From positions 1 to 24,413 of IMG/VR virus record IMGVR_UViG_3300020411_000570: a DNA stretch of 24,413 bases. One strand, written 5' to 3'. Each line of letters starts with the position of its first letter. Position 1 is the first letter of the stretch. Positions 1 through 9,531 of this stretch are shown in pieces. Source of the DNA: a virus (taxonomy: Duplodnaviria > Caudoviricetes). The position numbers and the translations under genes were made by a program. The notes under the pieces are model-generated. The model had not been told where the DNA came from, did no database searches, and was given only the letters and a program-made list of their open reading frames with translations.

Positions 1-111
1 AAAAAACTTAGAGATGCACCAGCTGCAAGTGCGATATCAAGTGCTGATACTATCGATAAATTAAAAGCTGCATGGGATGAGGATGTTCTAGGTACGAGTC
101 CTTATAAATAG
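1..111 (+). CDS. 3' end of an upstream gene (partial); resembles C-termini of phage tail-fibre assembly/chaperone-like small proteins
   Basis: Frame 1 is open from base 1 to TAG at 109-111: KKLRDAPAASAISSADTIDKLKAAWDEDVLGTSPYK*. The LRDAP...LKAAW pattern recalls tail assembly chaperone-like proteins. Function is tentative. Confidence 0.5.
   Translation, partial: KKLRDAPAASAISSADTIDKLKAAWDEDVLGTSPYK
103..110 (+). promoter_or_regulatory. T4-type late promoter (gp55-dependent) TATAAATA
   Basis: Exact TATAAATA 18 nt upstream of the gp13 ATG, with an AAGGA SD between them. Confidence 0.85.
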
Positions 112-128
112 AATAAAAGGATTTTAAA

Positions 129-884
129 ATGGCAACTCCTACATCTAGAGCCACTCTTATAGAGTACTGTAAAAGACGTCTTGGCGATCCAGTTATCGAG
201 ATAAATGTTGATGACGATCAAGTGGAAGATCGTGTCGATGAAGCGCTACAGTATTATCAAGAGTACCACTCAGATGCTACTGTAAGAACATACTTGAAAC
301 ATCAGGTAACGGCCACGGATGTATCTAACGAATACATTACGTTATCTAGTAATATTTTATTTGTTTCGAAAATGTTTCCACTAGAAAGTTCGTTTAATCA
401 GTCACGTAATTTTTTCGATATTAAGTATCAAATGATGCTTAATGATATTGCTGATTTAATGAATTTTGCTGGAGACTTAGCTTATTATGAACAGATGCAG
501 CAATACTTATCTTTATTAGACATGAAGCTTAATGGCGTTCCACAAGTTCAGTTTGCAAGAAGACAGAATAGACTTTACATATTTGGAGACTTTACTGACG
601 GAGATATAAAAGAAGGCGACTATATAGTAGCTGAAGTTTATACCATAGTAGATCCAAGTGCTCACACTTCAGTGTTTAATGATATGTTCGTGAAAGAGTA
701 TACGACTGCTTTAATAAAACAACAATGGGGAACAAACTTAATTAAGTTCGAAGGCATGCAACTACCCGGAGGAGTCATTTTAAACGGAAGACAGATATAT
801 GATGATGCTACTGGTGAAATAGAAGCACTAAGGCAAAGAGTTAGAGACGAACACGAACTTCCACCAGACTTTTTCGTAGGATGA
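129..884 (+). CDS. gp13: Neck protein gp13
   Basis: YCKRRLGDPVIEINVDDDQVEDRVDEAL N-terminus, KQQWGTNLIKF..LPGGVILNGRQIY C-terminus, and its position before gp14/gp15. Confidence 0.92.
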   Translation: MATPTSRATLIEYCKRRLGDPVIEINVDDDQVEDRVDEALQYYQEYHSDATVRTYLKHQVTATDVSNEYITLSSNILFVSKMFPLESSFNQSRNFFDIKYQMMLNDIADLMNFAGDLAYYEQMQQYLSLLDMKLNGVPQVQFARRQNRLYIFGDFTDGDIKEGDYIVAEVYTIVDPSAHTSVFNDMFVKEYTTALIKQQWGTNLIKFEGMQLPGGVILNGRQIYDDATGEIEALRQRVRDEHELPPDFFVG

Positions 885-885
885 C

Positions 886-2001
886 ATGGCAACTAATTTA
901 TATTTTAGTCAAAAGGTAAGATCAGAACAGCACCTTTACGAAGACATCGTTATAGAGTCTTTAAAGATGTACGGGCAAGATGTGTTTTATTTGCCGAGAG
1001 ATATCGTAAACGAAGATACTATACTTAGCGATGACGTTGTTTCTAGTTTTAATTCATCACACGTAATTGAAATGTATATCGAAAACACCGAAGGATTCGA
1101 AGGTGAAGGAGACTTGTTCACACGTTTTGGAGTAGAGATAAGAGATGAAGCGACATTTATTGTCGCTAGAAAACGATGGGAACAAACTATACAAAGGTAC
1201 GACAACGAGATAACGAGCACTCGACCATCTGAAGGCGACTTAATATACTTACCAATGTCTAAATCTTTGTTTCAGATATCTCATGTAGAACATGAGCAAC
1301 CTTTTTATCAACTCAGTAATTTACCAGTTTACAAGATGAGATGTCAGTTATTTGAGTACGCTGGAGAAGATCTAGATACTGGTATCGATACAATAGATGA
1401 CATCGAAAAGAAATACGCTTACAGGTATATACTTTCTCTATCAAACTTAAGAGACAGCGCTCAAATGTCAGCGACCTTAAATTCTGGACAACTAGCTACT
1501 GTTACTATAACTGATAGCGGTAACAATTATTTTACTGCTCCTACTATTTCAATTATTGACGCCAGCGGTGTTGGTGCCGCTGTAGCTGCTACGGTTGACA
1601 GTAATAACGGTAAGGTTAATGGGTTAACAATAACAAACCCAGGAACTGGATATAGCAACCCGTCATTTAAGTTTACAGAGCCAGCGCCTAATGTGTTTAA
1701 AGTTGGCGAAACTATTACGAGCCCAAGTGGTAGTACTTTAATACGAGCTGAAGTTGCTAAGTACTCAGACTCAGACGATAAGATTCATCTCATACACGCT
1801 GGAGCAGATGACGGTAAGTATCATACGTTTGCAGCTGGAAAGAAAGTGGTCGGACTTACTTCTGGAGCGGGTGGAGTGATTACTCTTGTAGTAGAAGATA
1901 ATCGAGTCTCTGGTAACGAGCAAAACGCAGATTTTTCAACCGGCGCAGACTTTATTGATTTTAGCGAGTCTAACCCATTTGGCGATGTGAGTAATAACTA
2001 A
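886..2001 (+). CDS. gp14: Neck/head-closure protein gp14 with C-terminal beta-repeat insertion
   Basis: EQHLYEDIVIESLKMYGQDVFYLPR, FGVEIRDE, RPSEGDLIYLP, VEHEQPFYQL and the terminal DFSESNPFG; synteny. Confidence 0.9.
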   Translation: MATNLYFSQKVRSEQHLYEDIVIESLKMYGQDVFYLPRDIVNEDTILSDDVVSSFNSSHVIEMYIENTEGFEGEGDLFTRFGVEIRDEATFIVARKRWEQTIQRYDNEITSTRPSEGDLIYLPMSKSLFQISHVEHEQPFYQLSNLPVYKMRCQLFEYAGEDLDTGIDTIDDIEKKYAYRYILSLSNLRDSAQMSATLNSGQLATVTITDSGNNYFTAPTISIIDASGVGAAVAATVDSNNGKVNGLTITNPGTGYSNPSFKFTEPAPNVFKVGETITSPSGSTLIRAEVAKYSDSDDKIHLIHAGADDGKYHTFAAGKKVVGLTSGAGGVITLVVEDNRVSGNEQNADFSTGADFIDFSESNPFGDVSNN

Positions 2002-2792
2002 TGTTTGGCGGTCATTTCTATCATTCAAAAACTAAAAAAGCAGTAGCTCTATTTGGTAGACTGTTTAATAATTTGTACGTGATACGAAAGAATTCTAGTG
2101 GAGCAGTAATAAGTCAAGTAAAAGTACCGTTATCGTATGCTCCTAAAAATAAGTTTTTAGAAAGAATAAGAGAAAATCCTAGTTTAATAGACGACACACA
2201 AGTTGCTATTAAATTACCAAGAATGTCTTTTGAAATTACTTCAATAACATACGACGCACAAAGACAACTTGCAAAGGTTGGTAATTTTACCTCAACTTCT
2301 TCTGACGGAAGTACTAACAAAAGACAGAAATTTTTTAATCCAGTTCCTTATTCTATAAATTTCCAGTTAAACGCGTACGCTAAATCTCAAGATGATGCTT
2401 TACAAATTGTGGAACAGATACTTCCTACTTTTAATCCGCAATACGCTCTAACGATAAAACCTTTCTCAACCGAATTTCCGTCATTTAAAGAAGATATACA
2501 AGTTATAATACAAAGTGTGGCTTTTTCTGACGATTTCGAGGGAGCACTAGAACAAAGAAGAACAATTATTTATAGTTTGGACTTTGAGATGAAGTTAAGT
2601 TATCATGGTCCAATATCTGATAGCAGTATCATTCGTCAAGCTGATGCCAAAGTATTTGATATTAAAGCTGGACTGAATGATTCTGATATAGGTATGGAAA
2701 CTATAAGAGTCACGCCTAATCCTACTTCTATAATTGGTTTAGATGACAGTGACTTTGGATTTACAACAACAATACTAGATAGTGCGAGTTAA
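2001..2792 (+). CDS. gp15: Tail sheath stabilizer / tail terminator gp15
   Basis: HFYH...FGRLFNNL, VPLSYAPK, LPRMSFE and QIVEQILPTFNP motifs; synteny. Confidence 0.92.
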   Translation: MFGGHFYHSKTKKAVALFGRLFNNLYVIRKNSSGAVISQVKVPLSYAPKNKFLERIRENPSLIDDTQVAIKLPRMSFEITSITYDAQRQLAKVGNFTSTSSDGSTNKRQKFFNPVPYSINFQLNAYAKSQDDALQIVEQILPTFNPQYALTIKPFSTEFPSFKEDIQVIIQSVAFSDDFEGALEQRRTIIYSLDFEMKLSYHGPISDSSIIRQADAKVFDIKAGLNDSDIGMETIRVTPNPTSIIGLDDSDFGFTTTILDSAS

Positions 2793-2794
2793 AA

Positions 2795-3190
2795 ATGTTT
2801 GAATATAAATGTAAACTAATTAAAGTAATCGATGGTGATACTATAGATGTTGACATCGATTTAGGATTCGGTGTTTGGTTAAGAAAACAAAGAGTAAGAT
2901 TATATGGTATTGATACTCCAGAATCAAGAACAAGAGATTTAGAAGAAAAGAAATACGGACTTGCTGCAAAAGAGTTTTTAGTAAAGTGGACTGGTGCCGG
3001 TGAACTAAGAATTAAAACTCATAAAGATGAAAGAGGTAAGTTCGGCAGAATACTCGGAGAGATATGGACTTTTGATACTAATATAAATGATAAGATGGTA
3101 TATGAACATCACGCAGTCGCGTATCACGGACAGTCAAAAGAAGACATACAAGAAGCGCACATAAAGAATCGTGCATTAGTTAAAATATGA
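2795..3190 (+). CDS. Thermonuclease (staphylococcal nuclease-like) family protein
   Basis: VIDGDTIDV, RLYGIDTPE and GKFGRILG match the SNase catalytic motifs. No signal peptide is evident. Confidence 0.85.
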   Translation: MFEYKCKLIKVIDGDTIDVDIDLGFGVWLRKQRVRLYGIDTPESRTRDLEEKKYGLAAKEFLVKWTGAGELRIKTHKDERGKFGRILGEIWTFDTNINDKMVYEHHAVAYHGQSKEDIQEAHIKNRALVKI

Positions 3191-3573
3191 ACAAAGATAT
3201 AGAAAAGTTTCTTCCACCAGAAGAAAAAAATGTTGATAATGATTACAAGTATTCTCGAGATACTTACTACGAGCTTGTAGAAAAAGGTAAAGAGAGTCTT
3301 GAACTTATGATTGAAGTGGCTAGGGAAAGTGAACACCCTAGAGCTTTTGAAGTATTATCAGGAATGATTAAAAATATTTCTGATGTTAATGACAGACTGA
3401 TGGACTTAAACAAGAAGAAAAAAGATTTAGATAAAAAAGAAGAGATAAAAAATATCGCAAACACCACTAATAATCTTTTTGTTGGGTCGACCGCTGAACT
3501 TCAAAAGATATTAAAGAATGAATCGGAAATGGTAGATGTCACGCCAAAACCTGAACCAAAACTATCTAGGTAA
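3187..3573 (+). CDS. gp16: Terminase small subunit gp16
   Basis: DYKYSR, ESEHPRAFEV and NNLFVGSTAELQKIL motifs; overlaps the gp17 start. Confidence 0.9.
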   Translation: MNKDIEKFLPPEEKNVDNDYKYSRDTYYELVEKGKESLELMIEVARESEHPRAFEVLSGMIKNISDVNDRLMDLNKKKKDLDKKEEIKNIANTTNNLFVGSTAELQKILKNESEMVDVTPKPEPKLSR

Positions 3574-5146
3574 TCCAAATATAAAAAAAGATGGGGTAAC
3601 CCAAAATTGGACTGAAGAAGAAGTGCGTGAATATGCATTGTGCATGAAAGATCCAGTATACTTTATAGAAAAATACGCAAAGATAATTTCTTTAGATAAA
3701 GGTTTAGTTCCTTTTAATTTATATCCTTATCAAAAAGAAATGTTTAAACAGTTTGAAAAAAATAGATTTAACGTCGTACTCGCGTGTAGACAATCAGGTA
3801 AGTCTATATCAGCATGTGGTTATTTACTTTGGTTCGCGTTATTTCAGCCTGAAAAAGCAATAGCAGTACTCGCTAACAAAGGTGCTACTGCAAGAGAAAT
3901 GCTTGCAAGAATAACGATTATGTTAGAAAATATACCGTTCTTCTTACAGCCCGGTGTTAAAGCTTTAAACAAGTCTAATATTGATTTTAGTAACAATAGT
4001 AGAATTATAGCTGCAGCGACTACTGGCCAGTCAATAAGAGGTTTATCAATTAACTTACTGTACTTAGATGAGTTTGCTTTCGTTGAGCGCGCTGCAGAGT
4101 TTTACACATCAACTTATCCAGTTATATCTTCAGGTACTGATACTAAGATTATTGTTACGTCAACTGCAAATGGTATAGGTAATACTTTTCATAAGATATG
4201 GGAAGGCTCAATACAAGGAGTAAACGAGTACAGTAGTTTTAGAGTTGATTGGCACGACGTTCCTGGGAGAGATGAAAAGTGGAAAGAAGAAACTATAAAC
4301 AATACTTCGCAGGTACAATTTGATCAGGAGTTTGGTAACACGTTCTTTGGAACTGGTAACACTCTAATAAATGCTCAAACTCTTTTAGATCTAAGAGCAT
4401 CACAGCCAGTTAAGATTATGGAAAATGGAGACATGCTTATATACAAAGAGACTGTACAAAACCATGATTATATCTTAGTTGCAGATGTAAGTAAGGGAAG
4501 AGGACAGGACTACTCTACATTTTCTTTAATCGATATTAGCACAAGACCTTTTGAACAGGTAGCTGTTTATCGCAACAACACTATCTCTCCATTGCTCTTC
4601 CCTAATATTATTTATAAATATGCGAATGTCTACAACAAAGCTTATTGTATAATTGAGTCAAATGACCAAGGTTCTGTAGTTTGTAATGGATTATATTATG
4701 AATTAGAATACGAGAACGTGCACGTAGAATCAGCTATAAAAGCAAACGCGGTTGGAATAGAAATAAATAGAAAGTCAAAAAGACTTGGTTGTTCTGCCTT
4801 AAAAGACTTGATGGAAAATAATAAGATAAAAGTTGTAGATGAACACACGATACTAGAAATATCTACGTTTGAGGCCAAAGGCCAAACTTTTGAAGCGTCT
4901 ACTGGAAATCATGATGACTTAGTTATGAACTTAGTATTGTTTGGTTATTTTGTTTCATCAGCTTATTTTGCAAACTTGACTGATATTAACATTAAAGACA
5001 TGATATTTAATCAAAAACTAAAAGCAATAGAAGAAGACATTGTACCATTTGGATTTATAGACGATGGTAGTGAGCAGATAAAAAAGATAGAGATAGAAGA
5101 CGATCCTCGTCAGCAGTGGCAGATAGAATACGATAGAGAGTTGTAA
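3536..5146 (+). CDS. gp17: Terminase large subunit gp17
   Basis: YLGNPN, Walker A RQSGKS, Walker B LLYLDEFAF, TSTANG coupling motif, and nuclease motifs ADVSKGRGQDYS and HDDLVM. Confidence 0.97.
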   Translation: MSRQNLNQNYLGNPNIKKDGVTQNWTEEEVREYALCMKDPVYFIEKYAKIISLDKGLVPFNLYPYQKEMFKQFEKNRFNVVLACRQSGKSISACGYLLWFALFQPEKAIAVLANKGATAREMLARITIMLENIPFFLQPGVKALNKSNIDFSNNSRIIAAATTGQSIRGLSINLLYLDEFAFVERAAEFYTSTYPVISSGTDTKIIVTSTANGIGNTFHKIWEGSIQGVNEYSSFRVDWHDVPGRDEKWKEETINNTSQVQFDQEFGNTFFGTGNTLINAQTLLDLRASQPVKIMENGDMLIYKETVQNHDYILVADVSKGRGQDYSTFSLIDISTRPFEQVAVYRNNTISPLLFPNIIYKYANVYNKAYCIIESNDQGSVVCNGLYYELEYENVHVESAIKANAVGIEINRKSKRLGCSALKDLMENNKIKVVDEHTILEISTFEAKGQTFEASTGNHDDLVMNLVLFGYFVSSAYFANLTDINIKDMIFNQKLKAIEEDIVPFGFIDDGSEQIKKIEIEDDPRQQWQIEYDREL

Positions 5147-5149
5147 ACA

Positions 5150-5157
5150 TATAAATA
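5150..5157 (+). promoter_or_regulatory. T4-type late promoter for gp18-gp19
   Basis: Exact TATAAATA immediately after the gp17 stop. Confidence 0.85.
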
Positions 5158-5221
5158 ATGGTAACAATTGAATAATCGTATAATGTTAACCGTATAATAA
5201 TCAACTGAAAAGGAAAAGAAG

Positions 5222-7018
5222 ATGGCACTCTCTACACCCTCAGAATCACCCGCGGTTGTCGTCAAAGAAATAGACTTGACTGGTGGCGTGCCAAATGTCC
5301 AGTCGACCACAGGCGCAACTGTTATAAATTCAAGGTGGGGTCCGGTAGAACAACGAGTACTAGTCTCAAATGAGGCTGACTTCGTAGAAAAATTTGGTTC
5401 GCCAGACACCTCCACAGCTACTTCGTTCCATAGAGCTAACATGTTCTTAAAATATTCTAGCAAGTTACAAGTTGTTAGAGTTATAGATGGAACAGCTAAA
5501 AATGCTACAGCTACTACCAGACAATCAGGTTTGGCCGGTAAAGGCGTACTTCCTACGTCTTTAGGAGAAGTAGTGAAGAACGAAACAGACTTTAATGCAC
5601 AAAGAGCTGCATTAGACTCAGATCTCCACACTTTTGTGGGAAAATACCCCGGAGCACTAGGAAATAGTTTAAGAGTTTCTTTATGTCCATACGATAGTAG
5701 CGGCGCTGCTTTCAGTAACTGGGCTTACAAAGGCGAATTCGATGCGGCTCCTGGGACTTCAAGTTTTGCTACCAAGAAAGGTGCTTCGAACGACGAAGTG
5801 CACGCCGTGGTAGTCGATAATGGAGGATTATTTTCTGGAACTAAAGGCACGGTTCTAGAAAGATACGCTTTCTTATCGTTAGGAAGTAACGCAAAAGATG
5901 ATGCAGGTTCTAATATTTACATCAAAGACGTAATCAATGATGCATCACAGTATGTTTGGATGATAGATTTTGATTCAGACTTTCAAAATACTTCTGTTGC
6001 CGGTACACAAGCTGCAGCAGGAACTACAATAGATAACGGCGATAACTTTAAGAGACTTACAGGAACTACTACAACAGCTCCTAACTATGATTTTGACTCT
6101 GGAGTTAACGTTGCATCTTTAAGCGCAGTTCAGACAATAGCAGGTTATGATCTTTTTTCAGACAAAGATCAAGTCGAGATAGACTTTATACTTGCACCCG
6201 GAGCTTCAACTAGATCGGATCAAACCACTGTAACTAATGACTTAGTTGCTAAGGCCGTAGCTAGAAAAGATTGCGTAGTTGTTTCATCTCCAGCTAGAAG
6301 TGATATTGTAAATATAAACAGTGCAGCAACGATAACAACTAACATCGTGGCTACTGCTGATACATTTACTAAATCGTCTTATCTAGTCATGGATGGAAAC
6401 TATCTAAAAATATTTGATAAGTTTAATGATAGACTTATAACAATACCAGCTTCTTCATCAACAGCTGGAATCATGGCAGCAACTGATTTAAACAGAGCTC
6501 CTTGGTTCTCACCAGCAGGTTCTCGAAGAGGTCAATACCTTGGAATAACTTCAATACCGTATTCTCCTACAAAAGCGCAAAGAGATACTTTGTATAAAGC
6601 ACAAGTAAATCCTATCGCTAATATCCCAGGAGCTGGAGTAATACTCTTCGGTGATAAGACAAAACTCGCAAGACCTTCTGCATTTGATAGAATCAATGTA
6701 AGAAGATTGTTCTTAGTTCTTGAAAGAGCTATATCAAGAGCTGCAGAGCAAGTACTCTTTGAATTCAACGATGAATTTACAAGAGCAGAGTTCGTTAATA
6801 TTGTCGAGCCAGTATTAAGAGAAGTAAAAGGTAGACGCGGTATTACAGATTTTAGAGTAGTTGCAGATGAAACTAATAACACACCTGCAGTTATAGATAG
6901 AAATGAATTTATCGCAAGTATCTTCATCAAGCCTGCACGTTCAATTAACTTTGTCACACTTAACTTTGTGGCAGTAAGAACTGGTGTCGACTTTGAAGAA
7001 GTCGTCGGTACAGTTTAA
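5222..7018 (+). CDS. gp18: Contractile tail sheath protein gp18
   Basis: SPAVVVKEIDLT, WGPV, KYPGALGN, PWFSPAG, FDRINVRRLF, FEFNDEFTR and IKPARSINFVTLNFVA. Confidence 0.97.
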   Translation: MALSTPSESPAVVVKEIDLTGGVPNVQSTTGATVINSRWGPVEQRVLVSNEADFVEKFGSPDTSTATSFHRANMFLKYSSKLQVVRVIDGTAKNATATTRQSGLAGKGVLPTSLGEVVKNETDFNAQRAALDSDLHTFVGKYPGALGNSLRVSLCPYDSSGAAFSNWAYKGEFDAAPGTSSFATKKGASNDEVHAVVVDNGGLFSGTKGTVLERYAFLSLGSNAKDDAGSNIYIKDVINDASQYVWMIDFDSDFQNTSVAGTQAAAGTTIDNGDNFKRLTGTTTTAPNYDFDSGVNVASLSAVQTIAGYDLFSDKDQVEIDFILAPGASTRSDQTTVTNDLVAKAVARKDCVVVSSPARSDIVNINSAATITTNIVATADTFTKSSYLVMDGNYLKIFDKFNDRLITIPASSSTAGIMAATDLNRAPWFSPAGSRRGQYLGITSIPYSPTKAQRDTLYKAQVNPIANIPGAGVILFGDKTKLARPSAFDRINVRRLFLVLERAISRAAEQVLFEFNDEFTRAEFVNIVEPVLREVKGRRGITDFRVVADETNNTPAVIDRNEFIASIFIKPARSINFVTLNFVAVRTGVDFEEVVGTV

Positions 7019-7028
7019 GGAGGTTTAA

Positions 7029-7556
7029 ATGGCAGTATTAGGCGTAGATGATTTTAAATCGAAGCTAAGAGGCGGCGGGGCTAGACCTAACCTCTTCAAA
7101 GCTACAATCAACTTTCCCGGGTATGCTAATGGAGACGCAGAACTGACATCTTTCCTTTGTGAAACTGCTCAGTTACCAGGGTCAACATTAGGTCAGATTG
7201 TCGTACCTTTTAGAGGCAGACAATTAAAAATGGCCGGAGACAGAACGTTCGACGTATGGACAGTTACAATTATTAACGATACAGATTTTGCTATCAGAAA
7301 TCCAATGGAGAGATGGATGAACGGTATGAACGCACATAGCGCAAATACTGGTCTAACAACTCCAGTGGCTTATGAAGCAGATCTTTTCGTTGAACAGCTC
7401 GATAGGTCAGGCGATGTTCTCAAGAAGTATACGTTTAGAGGTTCATATCCTCAAGATATGTCACCAATAGATCTAAACTATGCTACTAACGATGAGATCG
7501 AAAGGTTCACAGTAACCTTTGCCTATCAGTACTATGAGACTGACACTACATCGTAA
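7029..7556 (+). CDS. gp19: Tail tube protein gp19
   Basis: GGGARPNLF, VPFRGRQLKMAGDRTF..WTVTIINDTDF and F.VTFAYQY; SD AGGAGG. Confidence 0.95.
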   Translation: MAVLGVDDFKSKLRGGGARPNLFKATINFPGYANGDAELTSFLCETAQLPGSTLGQIVVPFRGRQLKMAGDRTFDVWTVTIINDTDFAIRNPMERWMNGMNAHSANTGLTTPVAYEADLFVEQLDRSGDVLKKYTFRGSYPQDMSPIDLNYATNDEIERFTVTFAYQYYETDTTS

Positions 7557-7558
7557 GT

Positions 7559-7566
7559 TATAAATA
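7559..7566 (+). promoter_or_regulatory. T4-type late promoter for gp20
   Basis: Exact TATAAATA in the gp19-gp20 intergenic region. Confidence 0.8.
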
Positions 7567-7597
7567 GTAGGAGGGCTACTAAAGTCCTCCTAACTAT
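7564..7597 (+). terminator. Stem-loop after gp19 (3'-stabilising or terminator-like hairpin, no U-tract)
   Basis: TAGGAGGGCT (7568-7577), loop ACTAA, AGTCCTCCTA (7583-7592). This gives 10 bp with one G-U pair, extendable by ATAG/CTAT. Confidence 0.55.
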
Positions 7598-7609
7598 AAA
7601 GGATTAAGA

Positions 7610-9133
7610 ATGGCAGAAACCGTAAACTCTTTTAAATTATTTGGATTTGAAATATCAAGAGCTAAAGATAATAAGTCCATAAAATCTGTAGTCCCACCTA
7701 GAGATGACGATGGAGCTGGATACGTAACAGCTACTACACCAGGGTATGGTGGTTATGGTGGTGGTCACTATGGAACGTATATGAATATGGAAGGTGACGA
7801 TTCCAAAGATAACGCTCAACTTATTTTAAAATATCGAGGATCAGCAATGCATCCAGAAGCTGATGCCGCGATAGAAGATATTGTTAATGAAGCTGTTTCA
7901 GCAAGTGAAAACAAGCCTAGTGTAATGGTTAATACAGATGGCGTTAAAGTAAGTTCTGGAATAAAAAAGCAAATTGCAGAAGAATTCAACAATATTTATA
8001 ATATGCTCAACTTTAAAGAGCTTGGGCATGATATTTTCAGAAGATGGTACGTCGATGGTAGATTATATCATCATCTGATTGTCGATGAAAATAATCCAAA
8101 AGATGGTATCAAAGAAATACGATACATCGACGCAATGAAGATAAGAAAAGTTAAGCAAGTAAAAAAAGAGACTGATAAAGCTACAGGAGCTAAGATAGTT
8201 AAAACAGTTGACGAATTTTACATATATCAAGAAAAACCTGGGAGTCAAGCAAGTGCAGTAAGAATGTCAGCTGATTCAATAAGTTATGTAACTTCTGGAT
8301 TACTAGATGAAAATAGAAGAAAGATAGTATCGTACTTACATAAAGCGCTCAAGCCAATTACACAATTAAGAATGATGGAAGACTCGTTAGTAATTTATAG
8401 AATTGCAAGAGCACCAGAAAGAAGAATGTTTTATATTGACGTAGGTAACTTACCAAGAGGTAAAGCCGAACAATATATGAAAGATATTATGGCCAAGTAT
8501 CGTAACAAACTTGTTTACGACGCAAAGACAGGCGAAATACGTGACGATCGTAAACATATGTCGATGTTAGAAGATTTTTGGCTACCGCGAAGAGAGGGTG
8601 GACGTGGCACAGAAATATCTTCATTACCCGGCGGAGAGAACTTAGGACAAATTGAAGACGTAATCTATTTTCAAAAAAGATTATACAGGTCTTTAAACGT
8701 TCCTATGAACAGATTAGAACAAGAACAGCAGTTCTCATTAGGGAGAGCTACTGAGATTAGTCGCGACGAACTTAAGTTTCAAAAGTTTATTGATAGACTA
8801 AGAAATAGATTTTCTATGTTATTCTATGAAATTCTTAAGAAGCAACTGATTCTAAAGAATATAATAACAGAAGAAGATTGGAATAGTTGGAAGCATGATT
8901 TAAATGTAGACTATTTAAGAGATAACCATTTTGCAGAGTTAAAAGAAGCCGAACTATTAAGAGAAAAATTACAATCACTAGATCAAGTCTCTAATTACGT
9001 AGGCGAATATTTCTCGAAAGAATGGGTACAAAAAAATGTCTTATTATTCAGCGATGATGAAATAGATCAGATGAATAAAGAGATAACAGCAGCTCAAGCT
9101 GCCACTGAACCAGATCAAGGAGATTTACAGTGA
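7610..9133 (+). CDS. gp20: Portal protein gp20
   Basis: LFGFEI, WYVDGRL, QLRMMEDSLVIYRIARAPERRMFYIDVGNLP, EDFWLPRREGGRGTEI and EISRDELKF. Confidence 0.97.
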   Translation: MAETVNSFKLFGFEISRAKDNKSIKSVVPPRDDDGAGYVTATTPGYGGYGGGHYGTYMNMEGDDSKDNAQLILKYRGSAMHPEADAAIEDIVNEAVSASENKPSVMVNTDGVKVSSGIKKQIAEEFNNIYNMLNFKELGHDIFRRWYVDGRLYHHLIVDENNPKDGIKEIRYIDAMKIRKVKQVKKETDKATGAKIVKTVDEFYIYQEKPGSQASAVRMSADSISYVTSGLLDENRRKIVSYLHKALKPITQLRMMEDSLVIYRIARAPERRMFYIDVGNLPRGKAEQYMKDIMAKYRNKLVYDAKTGEIRDDRKHMSMLEDFWLPRREGGRGTEISSLPGGENLGQIEDVIYFQKRLYRSLNVPMNRLEQEQQFSLGRATEISRDELKFQKFIDRLRNRFSMLFYEILKKQLILKNIITEEDWNSWKHDLNVDYLRDNHFAELKEAELLREKLQSLDQVSNYVGEYFSKEWVQKNVLLFSDDEIDQMNKEITAAQAATEPDQGDLQ

Positions 9134-9501
9134 GTGAAAATTTAAAGCAAATGCCAGATAATGTTGATACAATTGAAGATTTAGTAAAATATTCTCTGGA
9201 AAAAGATTACAATAAGGCAAATGAAGTTTTTGGTAACGTTATGAGTATCAAGATGAATGACGTGCTAGATCAAGCTAAGACAAAAATAGCAGGTCAGATT
9301 TATAACGAAGAAGATCCAGATCCAGAAGAGCCTTTAGAGGATGAAGATTTTGAAGAAAATGAAAATGAAGATGAAGAAGATATCGAAGATGAAGACACCG
9401 AAGATGAAGACGGTGAAGAAGAAATAGAAGATGAAGAAGACGGTGATGAATCAGAAGATGATGAAGAAGACGAAAAAGAGATTGAAGGCGCCGCCGTCTA
9501 A
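9130..9501 (+). CDS. Acidic prohead core protein (gp67-like)
   Basis: Sits directly after the portal gene (GTG start overlapping the gp20 stop). The C-terminal half is almost entirely D/E, as in T4 gp67. Confidence 0.65.
   Translation: MSENLKQMPDNVDTIEDLVKYSLEKDYNKANEVFGNVMSIKMNDVLDQAKTKIAGQIYNEEDPDPEEPLEDEDFEENENEDEEDIEDEDTEDEDGEEEIEDEEDGDESEDDEEDEKEIEGAAV
9307..9480 (+). repeat. Low-complexity GAA/GAT/GAC-rich tract encoding a poly-acidic segment
   Basis: Runs such as gaagatgaagaagatatcgaagatgaagac. Confidence 0.7.
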
Positions 9502-9512
9502 AACTTAAAAAG

Positions 9513-9520
9513 TATAAATA
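9513..9520 (+). promoter_or_regulatory. T4-type late promoter
   Basis: Exact TATAAATA 11 nt upstream of the ATG at 9532, with an AAGGA SD. Confidence 0.85.
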
Positions 9521-9531
9521 AAGGTAAAGGA

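Noticed and set aside
4613-4620. TATAAATA inside gp17
   Set aside because: It falls in I-Y-K-Y codons, with no nearby downstream start with an SD, and gp18 has its own promoter. Likely chance in AT-rich DNA.
7741-7775. GGTTATGGT-like repeats in portal N-terminus (GYGGYGGGHYG)
   Set aside because: A short low-complexity stretch in a variable loop, not an array.
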